From the human T2T-CHM13v2.0 reference genome, Homo sapiens: a stretch of DNA of 64,000 nt. Of the stretch, positions 38,696-52,634 are shown one piece after another. The stretch is from assembly GCF_009914755.1 (NCBI RefSeq), contig NC_060930.1, one strand, 5' to 3'. Numbering within the stretch: the stretch's first letter is position 1; every line of letters begins with the position of its first letter. Under the pieces are notes generated by a model. The model saw only the letters and a program-made list of their open reading frames with translations, was not told where the DNA came from and did no database searches. The translations under genes and the position numbers were made by a program.

Positions 38696-39194
38696 TGAGA
38701 AGTGAGGCCAGCTGGACTTCCTAGGTCGAGTGGGGACTTGGGGAACTTGCCTGTCTCACAAGAATATTGCAAAATGCACCAATCAGTGCTCTGTAAAACA
38801 CACCAATCAGTGCTCTCTGAAACGCACCAATCAGCGCTCTGTAAAACACACCAATCAGTGCCCTGTAAAACAACCAATCAGTAGGATTTTAAAAGTAGCC
38901 AATCTTGGGGAGGATTGAAAAACGGGCACTCTGATAGGGGAGAAATGGAACATGGGAGGGGACAATAAGGGAATAAAAGCTGGCCACCCCCAACCAGCAG
39001 CAGCAACCCACCGAGGTCACCTTCCACACTGTGGAAGCTTTGTCCTGTTGCTCTTCACAATAAACCTTGCTACCACTCACTCTTTGGGTCCATGCCATCT
39101 TTAAGAGCTGTAACACTCACCACAAAGGTTCATGGCTTCATTCTTGAAGTCAGCGAGACCATGAACCCACCAGCAGGAACCAACTCCGGACACA
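38696..39194 (+). mobile_element. ERV9-group solo LTR (LTR12F-like) nested in THE1-int
   Basis: Runs tgagaagtgaggccagctggacttcc...ccaactccggacaca, with about five 24-bp CCAATCAG repeats (38771-38882), an aataaaagc TATA-like box and caataaa polyA signal. TSD ccct/tcct. Confidence 0.85.
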
Positions 39195-40099
39195 TCCTCA
39201 ACTTCAACACCACATGGAAGCCACCAAGGCCTGGGGCTTGCATCCTCTGAAGCTAGAGCCTAAGCTGTACCTTGGCCCTTTTTATCCAGGGCCAGAGTGG
39301 CTGCAATGCAAGGCACCAAGTCCCAAGGCAGCACATTGCAGCGGGGCCCTTGGCCCAACCCACAAAACCATTTTTCCGTCCTAAGCCTCTAGGCTTGTGA
39401 TGGGAAGGGCTGCAGTAAAGGTTTCTGATATGCCCTGGAAACATTTTCTCCATTGTCTTGGCGATTAACATTTGGTTCCTCATTATTTATTTAAATTTCT
39501 GCAACCGGCTTGAATTTCTCCACAGAAAATGAATTTTTATTTTCTATTCCGTGGTCAGGCTGCAAATTTTCCAAACTTTTGTAATCTATCACCTCTTGAA
39601 TGCTTTGCTGCTTAGAAATTTCTTTCTCCAGATACCCTAAATCATTTCTCACAAGTTGAAAGTTCCACAGATCTCTAGAACAGGAGTAAAATGCCACCAG
39701 TCTCTTTGCTAAAGCACAGCAACAGTCACCTTTGCTCCAGTTCCCAAGAAGTTCTTCATCTCCATCTGAGACCACCTCAGCCTGGACTTCATTGTCCATA
39801 TGACTATCAGCATTTTCATCAAAACCATTCAACAAGTCTCTAGGAAGTTCCACACTTTCACATATCTTCCTATCTTCTTCTGAGCTCTCCAAACTGTTCC
39901 AAGCTCTACCTATTACCCAGTTCCAAAGTCACTTCCGCATTTTTGGGTAACTTTACTGCAATGCCCCACTCTCTGTGGTATGAATGTACTGTATTAGTCC
40001 GTTCTCACACTGCTAACAAGACATACCTGAGACCGGGTAATTTTGTAAAGGAAAGAGGTTTAATTGACTCATAGTTCTGCATGGATGAGGAGGCTTAGG

Positions 40100-40456
40100 T
40101 GAGGCAGTAAAATAGGGTCTGGAGGAAGGGAATATAAGGCCGATTTACACTTCAGCTATAACAGGAAGTATACTCTCCATAGTACGTATGCTGTAAATGA
40201 CTTTGTAACTTCACTTCATCCTCTGCATTTACATAGGGCATGCTTCAAGTAACCAATAGAATCCTCTACGGGGTATTTAAACTCCCCAAAATTTTCTAAC
40301 AGGGCCTTTGAGCCCCTATGCTCAGGCCAGCTCCCACACTATGGAGCATAGTTTCATTTTCAACAAATCCCTTCCTTCCTTCCTTGCTTTGTTTGTGTGT
40401 TTTGTCCAATTCTTTGTTCAAGATTCCAGGAACCTGGACACTCTCCACCATTAATA
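40100..40456 (+). mobile_element. ERV1 solo LTR, MER61 family, nested in the THE1 LTR
   Basis: tgaggcagtaaaatagggtctggaggaagggaa...ttgtccaattctttgttcaaga...cctggacactctccacc. It interrupts THE1 ggaggc..agg|aaacttaca. Confidence 0.8.
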
Positions 40457-41215
40457 TAAGGAAACTTACAGTCACAGCAGATGGCAAAGGAGAAGCAGGC
40501 ACCTTCTTCACAGGGTGGCAGGACGGAGTGAGTGCAAGTAGGGGGAAATGCCAGATGCTTATAAAACCATCAGATCTCATGAGAAGTCACTCACTATCAC
40601 AGGAATACCATGGAGGAAACTTCACCCATGTTCCAATTACCTCCACCTGGTTCTGCCCTTGACACATGGGGATCATGGAGACTACCATTTGAGTTGAGAT
40701 TTGGGTGGGGACACAGAGCCAAACCATATCAGCCTATGTTAGTGGTATTCTCCACTATATGAAGGAGGAAGAAAGCTGCAATAAATTTAGTCCACAGCTG
40801 AAGTTGAATGGTCCAGTTTAGAAATGAAGAATAATTCCTAAAAAAAAAAACTAGTATCCAAGCATTTTAGAAGATTTTATTATTATAGAGAGAAAGGAAA
40901 CATACATAGGTTAAAAAATGGCAAAATAGAAAAGATTTCATTTATTATTGTTATATTCTCTCTTAGATCTTGATCTCAGTCATTTTTCCTGTTGTTTTCT
41001 CCAGGTCAAGTTCTGTATTAGGCTAGGTTTTGTTTCAAGATGAAGAAACTACTTAAATTATTTTAGCAAAAAGTTATTTTACCTATAGATTGGGTTATTT
41101 CAAAATTACTAAATGAATTGAAGAAAGTTGAGCCACCCCAAATTTCTCAGAATTTTACCTTGTATTTTCTGAGACAATCAATAAGGGAATAAAGAATGAA
41201 GGAGGGTTGGTACAA

Positions 41216-42025
41216 TGTGTTAGCGACAGTTCACTTAGAAAAATAGAAACTACACTAGCTATTTCAACAAAGAGCATTTAACACAAAAAATGAGATGTCG
41301 GAAAGCTCACCTGGCAAAACAAAAACAAACAAAGTAAGGCAGAGGTAGTAGATGAGGATATGGGTGTTGCCTTTAAAGTTGGGGAAAAAGTAAAATGTTC
41401 AGGGTTTTCAGATTTTAGAGGCCAAGAGTAGGATCCCCATAGAGTTGGGAATCAAACATTTGAGGAGGGAGTGGCAGACATGTAGTATGGAAACCCAGGA
41501 GCAGAAAGGAGGGGTCTTATAAACTATAACTTACACCTCAAGACAAGAAATGGCACTTACTATTTCAGGAGCTTAAAGTAAGCATCCCATAAGCTCTGGG
41601 GTGAGGCCTCTCAGGAGGTGGCATGGTCTGTTGGTGCTGATATCACATTTATTTAGAGAAGAGATCTAAAGCCCCTCATAAAGCTAGAAGTCAGCCGAGT
41701 CCTGGTAATCTTTTAGGGTAGGAGGTGATCAGGATTGTTGTGAAAGAACCAAAATAAGTGGGAAATTGGAAACCACTACTGCAGTCACAATGTAGCAACA
41801 CTGATGAAGTAACACTGACAGGAACAACAAGGGAATTGAGCTAAACAAGTCACTTCTTTCTTCCTCTCAAATTTCAGTCTCCCTCCAGTGCCTGTACTAG
41901 AAAAGCATAAAATAAATCCACTTGATAAAGAATTGTAGGCTTAAAGAACCCTCACACCAGCATGATAAAGCAAAGTATAGAAGTATGGATTTAAAGCTGA
42001 GAGTCAAATAGTTCACAACCAGCAC
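41216..42025. mobile_element. Old LTR (LTR78-like)
   Basis: agaaactacactagctatttcaacaaagagcatttaa at one end and gcaaagtatagaagtatggatttaaagctgagagtcaaatag...aaccagcac at the other. Confidence 0.5.
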
Positions 42026-42307
42026 TAATAAGACTCATAGTTTCAAACTCTAATTAGGACTCCTAACCATGAGAAATGTCTTAACTTTATGGCTCAGCGT
42101 GTGAAAGAGATAAAGCAACATTTGGCTACATAGCTGCAGAGAGAGTAAACTAAGAACTGATAATTAGGCACTAAATAATCTTATATAATAATGGACTTAC
42201 ATGGCTTTACTGTGAGTTATTTTGTATGCCCACCTTTATAACCTGCCCTCCCTAAAAAGATGTAGGAGATAGATGGAAGGCAAATTCTAAAAACTGAGGA
42301 GCGATAT

Positions 42308-42842
42308 TGTGGTATGTTAAGGATAGCTATATCCTTAATTGTTGCTACTCCTCTCATTGAGAGGTAGGTTTTAATTTCTCTCCCTAGAATTTGTGTTTCT
42401 ATGCTGCCCTCAATAATTTGACCAATCAAACAGACCAATAATTATATTCTAGGACATCTGAAGCAAGAACATAAAAATCTTGTCTTTCATCTAAGAGTTT
42501 TAGAACACTCAGGGAGGTCTGAACTGTCATATAAGAAGTCTATCTACAACACTGTTGACACTTCTTTTAGGTACTCTGATCAACATTCCCATTTGAGCCC
42601 AGCCTTCTAACTCTCCCTGCCAAGACAAAAAAAAAAACATGTAAGGGAGGCTATCTTGGATGGTTCAGACCAGCCTCTCTGCCAAATAAAAAATACTCTG
42701 TGACATCTATTGACATGTGGAATGGAACAGTCAGCATGCCTGAATTCATGGTTAACAAACTGATCAGATACATTAAAATGATGATTGTTTTATGCCACTA
42801 AGATTTGGGGTAGTTTGTTATGCAGCAAAAGATAATGGAACA
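42308..42842 (+). mobile_element. MaLR solo LTR (MLT1G/H-like)
   Basis: ttgctactcctctcattgagaggtagg...ttgttttatgccactaagatttggggtagtttgttatgcagcaaaagataatggaaca. Confidence 0.75.
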
Positions 42843-43586
42843 GATACATATAAAGGTCAGAGATATGCAGAATTTCTGTGAGTTTTTTGAGGCAACATAT
42901 AAAATATAGGGCACTATTTTTTTCCAGTTTAAACTATCTTTTTAAAACATTATTAAATGTTTAAAATTATTAAACTTTTTAAAACATTATTCTTGAAAGA
43001 CTAGCAGACTCTAAGATGAAAGAAAAGGATAGAAAAAAAGTAACATACAATAAATAAACCAAAAGAAAAAAGTTACATAAATGAAATAAAGGAAAATAGT
43101 TCTTAACCTCTCCAGAGAAAAATGGACTCAAGAAAAAGAAATACGAGGTAATAAAATGACAGAAAGAATAGGAAAAGTGGCATAAAAACTGAGAAATATA
43201 TAATATTTTTAGATTAAAAAATTAAGGGCCACTGATTTATTGTGGGATTAAAAAAATTGTTGGAGACCAATACTTCTGGAAGAAACAACTTCAACAATGA
43301 AATAATGTTTTTTTAAAAATATGTGTAGTCGTATCAGAAATTGGGAACCAACAAGGAGTAGAGTGGTGAAAATTATATGAAGCAAATAATTTAGGAGAGT
43401 CCAGCTAATGATATGTACTCTTTTAACCTGAAAACAATTTGTGATGCAGAAGCTGTGCAAGACCGGATATTTAATATGTAAGTTTAAAAACTCTGTAGAA
43501 AATAGAGGAAGGATTTTTTTTTCAGTCTCATCATTTTAGGAAGAAATATTAAAATATAGGACATTCCCAGAGAGGGTCTCTGGTGA

Positions 43587-43950
<364 letters not shown>

Positions 43951-44183
43951 AAAACATTAGACTCTTAACTGAATGCCCTAAAACTACACACTGGGACAGG
44001 CACAAACCAATGTAAAATGAGCCTTACATTAAATGCAATCCAGCTTTAACTCACCCTAATCTCTACCTGAATTAAAACAACCAGTTCCCCCACTTTTCTC
44101 TGGGCAGCAGCAAAATGAATAAGCCCTCTCTGGAGACGGATGACGTCATATTATGAAAAGTCATTAAAAATATACTTCAATCT

Positions 44184-44760
<577 letters not shown>

Positions 44761-44836
44761 CTATGTACCTAACTATTTTTGTAGGAATTCTTGGTTTTAT
44801 GAATTCAGCCTCAAAATTCCTGCTCTAGTTGCCACC

Positions 44837-45385
44837 CGTAGATGGCAGACTATAAGGCAACCACCCATATTCCCTTTCTTATGGTGATCACACCTTTGTA
44901 TAATCCTCTTCCCTTGCTGGAACTGTCACTTTCCTCAACTTACAGAATATTTCAAAATTGATGGTGTGTTGCTCCCTTGATTGTGTTATGTTAAATAAAC
45001 TCTGTCTTGCCAGCAGATTCACTCTAGAAACTCTCCTTGCTGGTCCAATGAAGTAACCTGCCATTGGCAAGGAATGCAAGAACCTCCAGAAGCTGAGAGC
45101 AACCTCCAGGTAGCAAGAAGCTATAGTCCTCAGTTCTGCAGCCACTCATACAAACAAGAATTCTGCCAACAATCTGAATGAGTTTAGAGATGGTTATGTT
45201 TCCAGTTGAGCCTCCAAATAAGAATCCAGCTCTGGAAAATACCTAGATTTTAAACCATGCAGAGGACCCATCTCAGCCATGGGTCAAACTCTTGACACAC
45301 AGACACCTTGAGTTAATAAATATGTGTATTTTTATTCTGCTAAGTATTTGATAATTTGTTGTGCAGTAATTTGAAACTAATGAAT
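44837..45385 (+). mobile_element. MaLR solo LTR (MLT1E-like)
   Basis: acacctttgtataatcctcttcccttg...gaattctgccaacaatctgaatgagtttaga...ctaagtatttgataatttgttgtgcagtaat. Confidence 0.75.
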
Positions 45386-45399
45386 ACTCTTACATATTC

Positions 45400-46330
45400 T
45401 CATTTATGTTCTCACTTTACTCACTCAGCAATTCTTTCTTAAAACATGTTCTTCACTTCACTTCTATATACTACACAAATAGTTAGTACATGGTCTACCA
45501 TTCTTAATCATTCTTGCTAGATCTTCCTCTTCCTCTTTAAATGTGGAAGTGCACCAGAGTTTAGCACATTATACTACTCCCATTTACATTAACTTCCTGG
45601 TGATCACTTCTAGTTTCAAGGCTTAAAATTTCCATCAGTACCGTAATGATGACTTCCATATTTTAATTCCATTGCATATATTCTTCAAAATCAAAATTTA
45701 TATGTTCAATCTCATATTCAGTTTATCAATTTTGATGCCTTATAAGTATGTTAAATTCAAAATATTTAAAACAAAACTTTTGCTTTCCTCCCACCTTATC
45801 TGCTTCCTCCCTGGTGTTGCGTTTGCAGCAAGTGATAGCACAGTTCACTAGTTGCTAAACAAAAATCCAGAAATCTTTCTTGACTCCTCTTTTACTTATA
45901 GCCACTTTATCAGATTATATTGTAGACTGTACCATCAAATTATATCTAAAATCCACCAAATTCTCACTAACTCCACCCTACTGCTCTGGCTTTTTCTCTC
46001 TGCATGTTATATTGAACGTTCCCTTGCTAAATATCTTTAATTCGTCCCCTAGTGATATCAATTTCACTCATTCTGATTTTGTGTAGTCTGTATAGGTGAA
46101 TCCCTTCTTTCATTCATAGATTTCTTCAAATATCACGTCTCTATAATGGTGCTTTCATTCATTTTTTACTCTCTGTACATTTATCATGCTTTATTTTTCT
46201 ATATAGCACTTTATACAATTGATATTATAATATATATATTTATGACTTTTCCTTACTTGACTATATGTTTCACAAGAGCATATAATTCACAGGGGTATAC
46301 AATTCATAAACGTAAAATATTTTTTATTGT
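45400..46330 (+). mobile_element. L2 fragment (RT region to 3' end), degraded
   Basis: ttaaatgtggaagtgcaccagagt (GVPQG-like), aatgatgacttcca (YADD-like) and gaaatctttcttgactcctct...atctaaaatccacc. Confidence 0.6.
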
Positions 46331-46420
46331 GTGTCTAGCTCAGAGGTGACTTAAAAGATTATAACTTTTAGTTTATTACATAGCTATTAAATGAACAAAA
46401 AATATTGAGGACCTCAGTAG

Positions 46421-47205
46421 TGAAACAGGAGGAGTTCCCTTATCCCCCCAGTAGGGCTTGCAACAAGGGTGTGGCTCGCTTCTTTGGTGCCCCGCTGCTC
46501 AAACCCCTAGGGGGAGCATGCGGATGGGCAGGTTACTGGGAGCGTTTTATAGCTCCAACCCCCATGGCACCGTCTAGGGTTGAGTGTTTACAGCTCAGGA
46601 AGCCCAAGTGGGTGTGTGTTACAGTGTGCTCTTTCAGTTTTGCTGTCTGCAGGTGGCTTGTGTTAATCAGCTCAACTAGACTCTCTGCCTTATCGCAAGG
46701 ACAGAGGGCTTTCTGTATCCCAGGTTCTTGCCCTAGGATACCGGAAAAATCGGATCACACATGGACTTGGAGGATGGGTGCAAGGTTTCATGGAGTGGCG
46801 GAAGAAGCTGTCGGTGAGATGGATGGGCAGGCCAGTAGCGGGATGGAGAGAGAAGGTGGTCTTCCCCTGGAGTAGGGCCGCCCAGCGGCTGCACTCTCCT
46901 CTGACCCCATGGACTGAATTCCACGTTATCCTGCTGTCAGTGGCCTGCCAGCATCTGCTGGTGTCTGTCGGTGTGCTCTTCTGCTCCTCTCAGTGTCCAG
47001 CCACTTGTTTGTGTGCCTGCTAAGGCCTGTCGGGTCTATGTGGGCACAGGATAACGGGCATGGCGGGCGAAAAGTCAACTTTTGGGGCTTGAAAACAGAA
47101 ATGCTTGTCCTCACTTAGGTCCATGTGCACAGGGCCGAGGGTGGAGCCCTCACCAGGGACCCTGCCCTTCTCTGTCCATCACTTCCCTGCCCCCCTCCCA
47201 TATCA
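46421..47205 (-). mobile_element. ERV1 solo LTR of the LTR27/LTR28-related group
   Basis: Runs tgaaacaggaggagttccc...cccatatca with perfect 4-bp TSD gtag. Homologous to 26471-27292. Confidence 0.85.
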
Positions 47206-47949
47206 GTAGGAATATATACATATATATATATTTATTAAAACATTTTTTCATTAAAAATGAAACTTTCATTAAAACTTTTTACATATATACATGTTTCATA
47301 AAATATGTTTTTGAATAGTCACTATCTCTAAGTTTTACTAAGATCTAATGTACAAATATAAATATTAAATGATTGAAATGTTAATGAATTAAAAGGTAAC
47401 AATATGTGTTTTAAATGTAAAAACTCAGCTAAATTGAGACGATTCTATTTCAGGTTTAAAAGTTGTAATGTATTGAAAATGACTGTTCATGCTTTGCTTA
47501 CGATTTCTATTAGGCACAAATGTTTAAGGTAATATCTAGAAATGCTTTTTACATATTTTCTTGGTATTAACACATCATTCAATTTAATGATCAATGACAG
47601 ATAACCCATAAGGCACTGTTTCAAATTTACAAAAATAAAATAACAAATTAATAACAATGAAGTCAATATCGTACTCCATATTTTATTTTTGTTGCCACCT
47701 AAATTACTAGATATGAGTTACATATTTTCCTGAACACATCATGTTTAGTATTTTTGTTTCCATTTAATTCATAACAAGTTTATTTTTCATTTAATACATA
47801 TTTTACCAGTTAGATTGTAAGATCCCTGAGGACAAATAACAATCTGTTCTAATCATCCCAAATTCCTAACTACTAGATTCTCATCTAGTAAAAATGTTTC
47901 TTGATTGCATGAGGAGAATGTACTTTTGCTCAAAGGTATTTCACATATA

Positions 47950-48445
47950 TTTTTTCATTTATTATATTTTTAAATGAAAAATACAAATTGCATATAGGTA
48001 TTATGTACAACATATTTTGAAATATGTATAGATTGTGGAATGGCTCAATCCAGCTAATTAACATAGGCATTTTTTATATTTTTGTGGCAAAGACAATTAA
48101 GATTTACTTTCTTAGCTTTTTCAACGCATAATACGTTGTTATTAACTATAGTCACCATGTTGTACAATGGGTGTCTTGAACTTACTCTTCCTAACTGAAA
48201 TTTTGTATCCTTCAACCATTTCCTCACCTTTCACCTACCAGCCTCTTGTAACCACCATTCTACTCTTTACTTCTGAGTTCAACATCTTTAGATTCCACAT
48301 ATGAGATCCTGAGGCATCTGTCTTTCTGTGCCTGTCTTATTCATTTAACATAATACCATTCAGGTTCAACTGTTTTATTGCAAATATTGGAATTTCTTTT
48401 ATTAAGGCTGAATAATATTTCACTGTGTATACATACCACATTTTT
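47950..48445 (-). mobile_element. L1MA-type 3' end, antisense
   Basis: gttgttattaactatagtcaccatgttgtacaat...aaccaccattctactct...gattccacatatgagat...taaggctgaataatatttcactgtgtatacataccacattt. Confidence 0.85.
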
Positions 48446-49015
48446 TTCTTACTTCTCACAAAACCCAGTGAGAAGGGCCTCATATTGCCAAAGAGGTCAA
48501 GTATCGTAGTTTCTATCAAAAGGTATATGAGTGCCTAAGCTGAGGCTCAAGACTATTTTACTAACTGTAAACCCCAAGAAATTTACATCATAACACACTG
48601 CTCTGGAGTTTCCTCTCACTTCAAAATTGTAATCCTTATTTTAAGTTCTAAAAATACTTGTGCAGCAAATTGTATAGAAACTATCTTTTGTTAAAAAAAA
48701 AAAAAAACCTCTCGTACCAATTACAAAATTCGACAAAATTTAAACACATTTTATTCTTTTTAAAACAAAATTCAAGCCAGCAATAAACAACTAGAAAGCT
48801 GTATCTGTTTCCTAATTGGCCTTACACCAAGGAAAATAAAACTTTCCCTGGTCTTCATGACAGGAGGTAGTTTTACAACTTGGTTAAAGACTTGGACAGA
48901 AGTTAGACTCCTATCCTCCCACAGAATCTGAAAAATACAGGCACCATCTTCCTTAATGTTTACATTTCAAAGAGGTGGTTCCCAGACCCTTTAGAAAGGC
49001 ATTCTTGGGTCATAA

Positions 49016-50342
49016 CGTGTCTGGAATTGGTGGGTTCTTGGTCTCACCGACTTCAGGAATGAAGCCGCAGACCCTCATGGTGAGTGTTACAGTTCTTAAA
49101 GGCAGCGTGTCCGGAGTTTGTTCCTTCTGATGTTCGGATGTGTTCGGAGTTTCTTCCTTCAGGGGGGTTCATGGTCTCGCTGGCTCAGGAGTGAAGGTGC
49201 AGACCTTCGCGTTGAGCGTTACAGCTCTTATGACTGCGCGCCTGGAGTTGTTCGTTCCTCCTGGTGGGTTCGCGGTGCCGCTGGCTTTAGCAGGGAAGCT
49301 TCACACCTCCGTGGTGAGTGTTAAAGCTCATACAGGCAGTGTGGACCCAAACAGTGAGCAACAGCAAGATTTATTGCAATGAGCAAAAGAACAAACCTTC
49401 CACCTCAAGGAAGGTGACCCAGCTGGTTACCACTCCTGGCTGAGGCAGCCTGCTTTTATTCTCTTATCTGGCCCCACCCACATCCTGCTGATTGGTCCAT
49501 TTTACAGAGAGCCGATTGGTCTGTTTTACAGAGAGCTGATTGGTCCGTTTTGAGAGAGTACTGATTGGTGCCTTTACAATCCCAGAGCTAGACACAAAAG
49601 TTCTCCACTAGATTAGCTAGATACAGAGTGTCAATTTGTGTATTTACAAACCCTGAGCTAGACACAGAGTGCTGATTGGTGCATTTACAAACCTTGAGCT
49701 AGATACAGAGTGCTGATTGGTGTATTTACAATCCCTTAGCTAGACATAAAGATTCTCCAAGTTCCCACCAGACTCAGGAGCCCAGCTGGCTTCACCCAGT
49801 GGATCCCACACTGGGGCCGCAGGTAGAGCTGCCTGCCAGTCTCGCGCCGCCCTGCGCCAGCACTCCTCAGCCCTTGGGCGGTCTATGGGACTGGGCGCCA
49901 TGGAGCAGGGAGCGGTGCTCATCCGGGAGGCTCAGGCATGGCGGGCTGCAGGTCCCAAGCCCTGCGCCGCAGGGAGGCAGCTAAGGCCTGGCGAGAAATC
50001 CAGCACAGCAGCTGCTGGCCCAGGTGCTAAGCCCCTCACTGCCCCGGGCTTGCGGGCCCGCCGGCCTCTCCGAGTGCGGGCCGCCGAGCCCACGCCCACC
50101 CGGAACTCGCGCTGGCCAGCAAGCGCCGCGCGCAGCCCCGGTTCCCGCTCGCGCCTCTCCCTCCACACCTCCCGGCAAGCTGAGGGAGCCGGCTCTGGCC
50201 TTGGCCAGCCGAGAAAGGGGATCCCACAGTGCAGCGGTGGGCTGAAGGGCTCCTCAAGCACGGCCAGAGTGGGCGCCAAGGCCGAGGAGGCACCGAGAAC
50301 TAGCGAGGGCTGTGAGGACTGCCAGCACGCCGTCACCTCTCA
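49016..50342 (-). mobile_element. HERV9 solo LTR (LTR12C/D/E-type), 1327 bp
   Basis: Runs gtgtctggaattggtgggttcttggtctc...cacgccgtcacctctca with TSD ataa/gtaa. Contains ctgattgg/ctagatac repeats (49487-49750) and a CpG-rich U3. Confidence 0.95.
49440..50330 (-). promoter_or_regulatory. LTR12 promoter/enhancer: tandem CCAAT (NF-Y) and GATA motifs, AATAAA-type TATA box, CpG-island-like segment
   Basis: At least six gattgg motifs on the + strand, gcttttatt at ~49452, and dense retained CpGs at 49840-50330. Activity is inferred from the family, not shown. Confidence 0.6.
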
Positions 50343-50378
50343 GTAAAAGTGGTAAGAAGCTTTCAAGAGTTTGCGCTT

Positions 50379-50748
50379 TGATATACTTAGGTTTTGTATC
50401 TCTATCCAAATCTCATCTTGAATTGTAACCCCCAGGTGTTGAGGGAGAGACCTAGTGGGAGGTGATTGGATCATGGGGGCGGTTTCCCCCATGCTGTTCT
50501 TGTAATGGTGAGGGAGTTCTCATGAGATCTGTTGGTTTTATAAGTATTTGGAAATTCTTCCTTCAGTTACTCTTCTCTTCTGCCACCTCATAGAGAAGCG
50601 CCTGCTTCCGCGTCACCTTATGCCATATGGTAATTTTCCTGAGGCTGCCCCAGCAAAGTGGAACTGTGAGTCAATTAAACCTCTTTCCTATATAAATTAC
50701 CCAGTCTCAGGTAGTTTCTTCATAGCAGTATGAGAAGAGACTAATACA
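50379..50748 (+). mobile_element. THE1D-like solo LTR
   Basis: tgatat...ccaaatctcatcttgaattgtaa...gaactgtgagtcaattaaacctctttcc...gactaataca. Confidence 0.9.
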
Positions 50749-52634
50749 TACCTCAAAGGGACAGTGAAAGAATTTAGGTTCAAGATGTCTAAAACAGTGC
50801 CCTAAGAAAAAGGATGTCAGGGTCTGCAGTTTAGTCAAGCTGAGGGAAACCTTAAGGCTATCTTGGTCTGCCAACAAATACTTAAGCTTGGAGGAGGAGT
50901 CCAAGCTATAGAGAGGAGCAGAGCTGGCCAACTCTTTGAAGCCTTGTCAGACCCTAAGCAGTATGGAGATAACTGCTGGAAGTAAACAAGCAACAGAAAA
51001 AAAGAAAAAAAAAGCATCAACTTTCTGGTTTTTGAATATTGCCTTTAAAGTATTATTATTCTAAACTGATACCCTGGGGGTAGAGATTCAAGATTTGAAT
51101 AAAAAGCAAATGATTATAGCAAGTCATGAACTCATTTACTTCATCTCTACCTTACTTTAAAATCTGCAATTTGTTGAGCTGTTAGGATGGATTAAAAAAA
51201 GTCCACTGTTGTCTTAGAATTTACTGATTGATATATTTACATAAATCAAAATATACTAGCAAACTAAGAATAAGATCTATTTACTGAATATTTATATGCA
51301 ATTCTTCAAATATAAACAATTACCATATATGTGTATAAATCATTCTATTTAAATTAATGTCTTTCTTTGAGAATTACTATGCTGGCTATTCTTTGTGTTC
51401 AGCCTGTTTCTGAATATTGTTGATAAGCACCTCAACTACTAAGTAGGAATAACGACACACACAAAATGTACCGTTACTAGCATAAGTGACTCTTCAAAAA
51501 TATATTTTGAAGTACCTTGAGATCATTTGAATTAATAAAGCAGGCAGATGAATTAAAAGCTTTGTTTATACTACCAACTAAATTTCATACAAAATAAAAC
51601 ATAAAAACCAGATAATATGAGATTATACCTTTTGACATGTTTTTCATATTAAACACAAAATATATATTTTCAGTATGAGCTCTCTTAGCTGTTTTAACAA
51701 GCATAGTCTAATGGTTACACCTTAGATAACCATGTTACTGCTTTACCACATTAATATTGTCACTTTCCATGGACACCAAATCCTAAGGAAAAATGAACAG
51801 ATGCTGGGGAAAAAAATTGTTAGAAAGGGAAAGGCTCTCCTTTCTTGTCTATTTGATATTTGCCTGAAATATGCTGAAAAGTATATGGTATCAGCTGCCA
51901 ATAATTGAAATTTGCGGAATGCTTCATAGCTAGCAATGATCATCTCAGCAACAATTTCCAATTTTCATCTTTTACCATTCATTTTTATATCCAGAAACAG
52001 CAATTATTAAAGAAAAAAGCATTTCTGAGTCGGTGTATTATAAACACTAATGTTATCTAAATTAGTAAATAAGGTATATAGGCTAAATCTTTTAATTTCT
52101 TTTTGCATAATGGGACTATATTGAGCAACTGTATTATGAGTCAGATTAGAAAAAAATGCAGCTTGGGAAAAAAAATAAAGCAAGAAACCCCTACGCAGCA
52201 ATTTTGGAGAGACAATCCATTTTTCTAGAATAAGCAAAGTTTCAGCTGAGACAGCAGTCGCTCACGTTAAACCAGAAAACAGCAAGGTAAATGGCCAGTC
52301 TTCCAGCAGTGAGGCTAGAAGTCAGGAATTCTGAGCAAAATACTATAGGGTGAAAAGTTTGGGCCATATTTGTCAGTCCAGAAATTAGTTTCTCAACTGT
52401 CAAAATGGTTGGGTTAAAGTAGTTACTTAGTAGAACAAAGCCAAACTTAATATCTTTAAATGATTTTTCATTTTAACTGTAATAAAATAACATTTTTTTT
52501 TCTGTGAATCCATTAGGGGAATTTGTAGGGATACAATCTGCCTATTGTATGTAGGTTTCTTTAACTTAGTGAGCAACTCATTACTGAAAAAGTCAGGTAA
52601 AGATCAAAGCACACCTCTCTAGTATCCCTCGGTA

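Larger units (their letters stand above)
37574..40731 (-). mobile_element. Full-length THE1D-like MaLR element (LTR-int-LTR) with two nested LTRs
   Basis: LTRs at 37574-37947 and 39990-40731 share gggaaatgccagatgc(c/t)tataaaaccatcagatctcatgagaa. TSD gtcta/gccta. Internal ORF relic 39491..39892 (ELPRDLLNGFD...EVVSDGDEELLGNWSKGD) is typical of the MaLR internal region. Confidence 0.93.
48800..50830. mobile_element. Old ERV1 LTR (MER34/MER39-like) split by LTR12 and THE1D insertions
   Basis: Pieces at ~48800-49015, 50343-50378 and 50749-50830 (catgacaggaggtagttttacaac..., tacatttcaaagag..., tcaaagggacagtgaaagaattta). Family uncertain. Confidence 0.4.

Noticed and set aside
38771-38882. Regularly spaced 24-bp repeats, superficially CRISPR-like
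   Set aside because: Head-to-tail tandem CCAAT units with no unique spacers; a normal U3 feature of LTR12-group LTRs in eukaryotic DNA.
39491-39892. 133-aa acidic ORF as a possible domesticated gene
   Set aside because: Standard MaLR internal ORF fragment, truncated and interrupted downstream by an LTR.
49740-50346. Overlapping GC-rich ORFs up to 153 aa
   Set aside because: Stop-poor frames inside the LTR12 U3; no domain signal.
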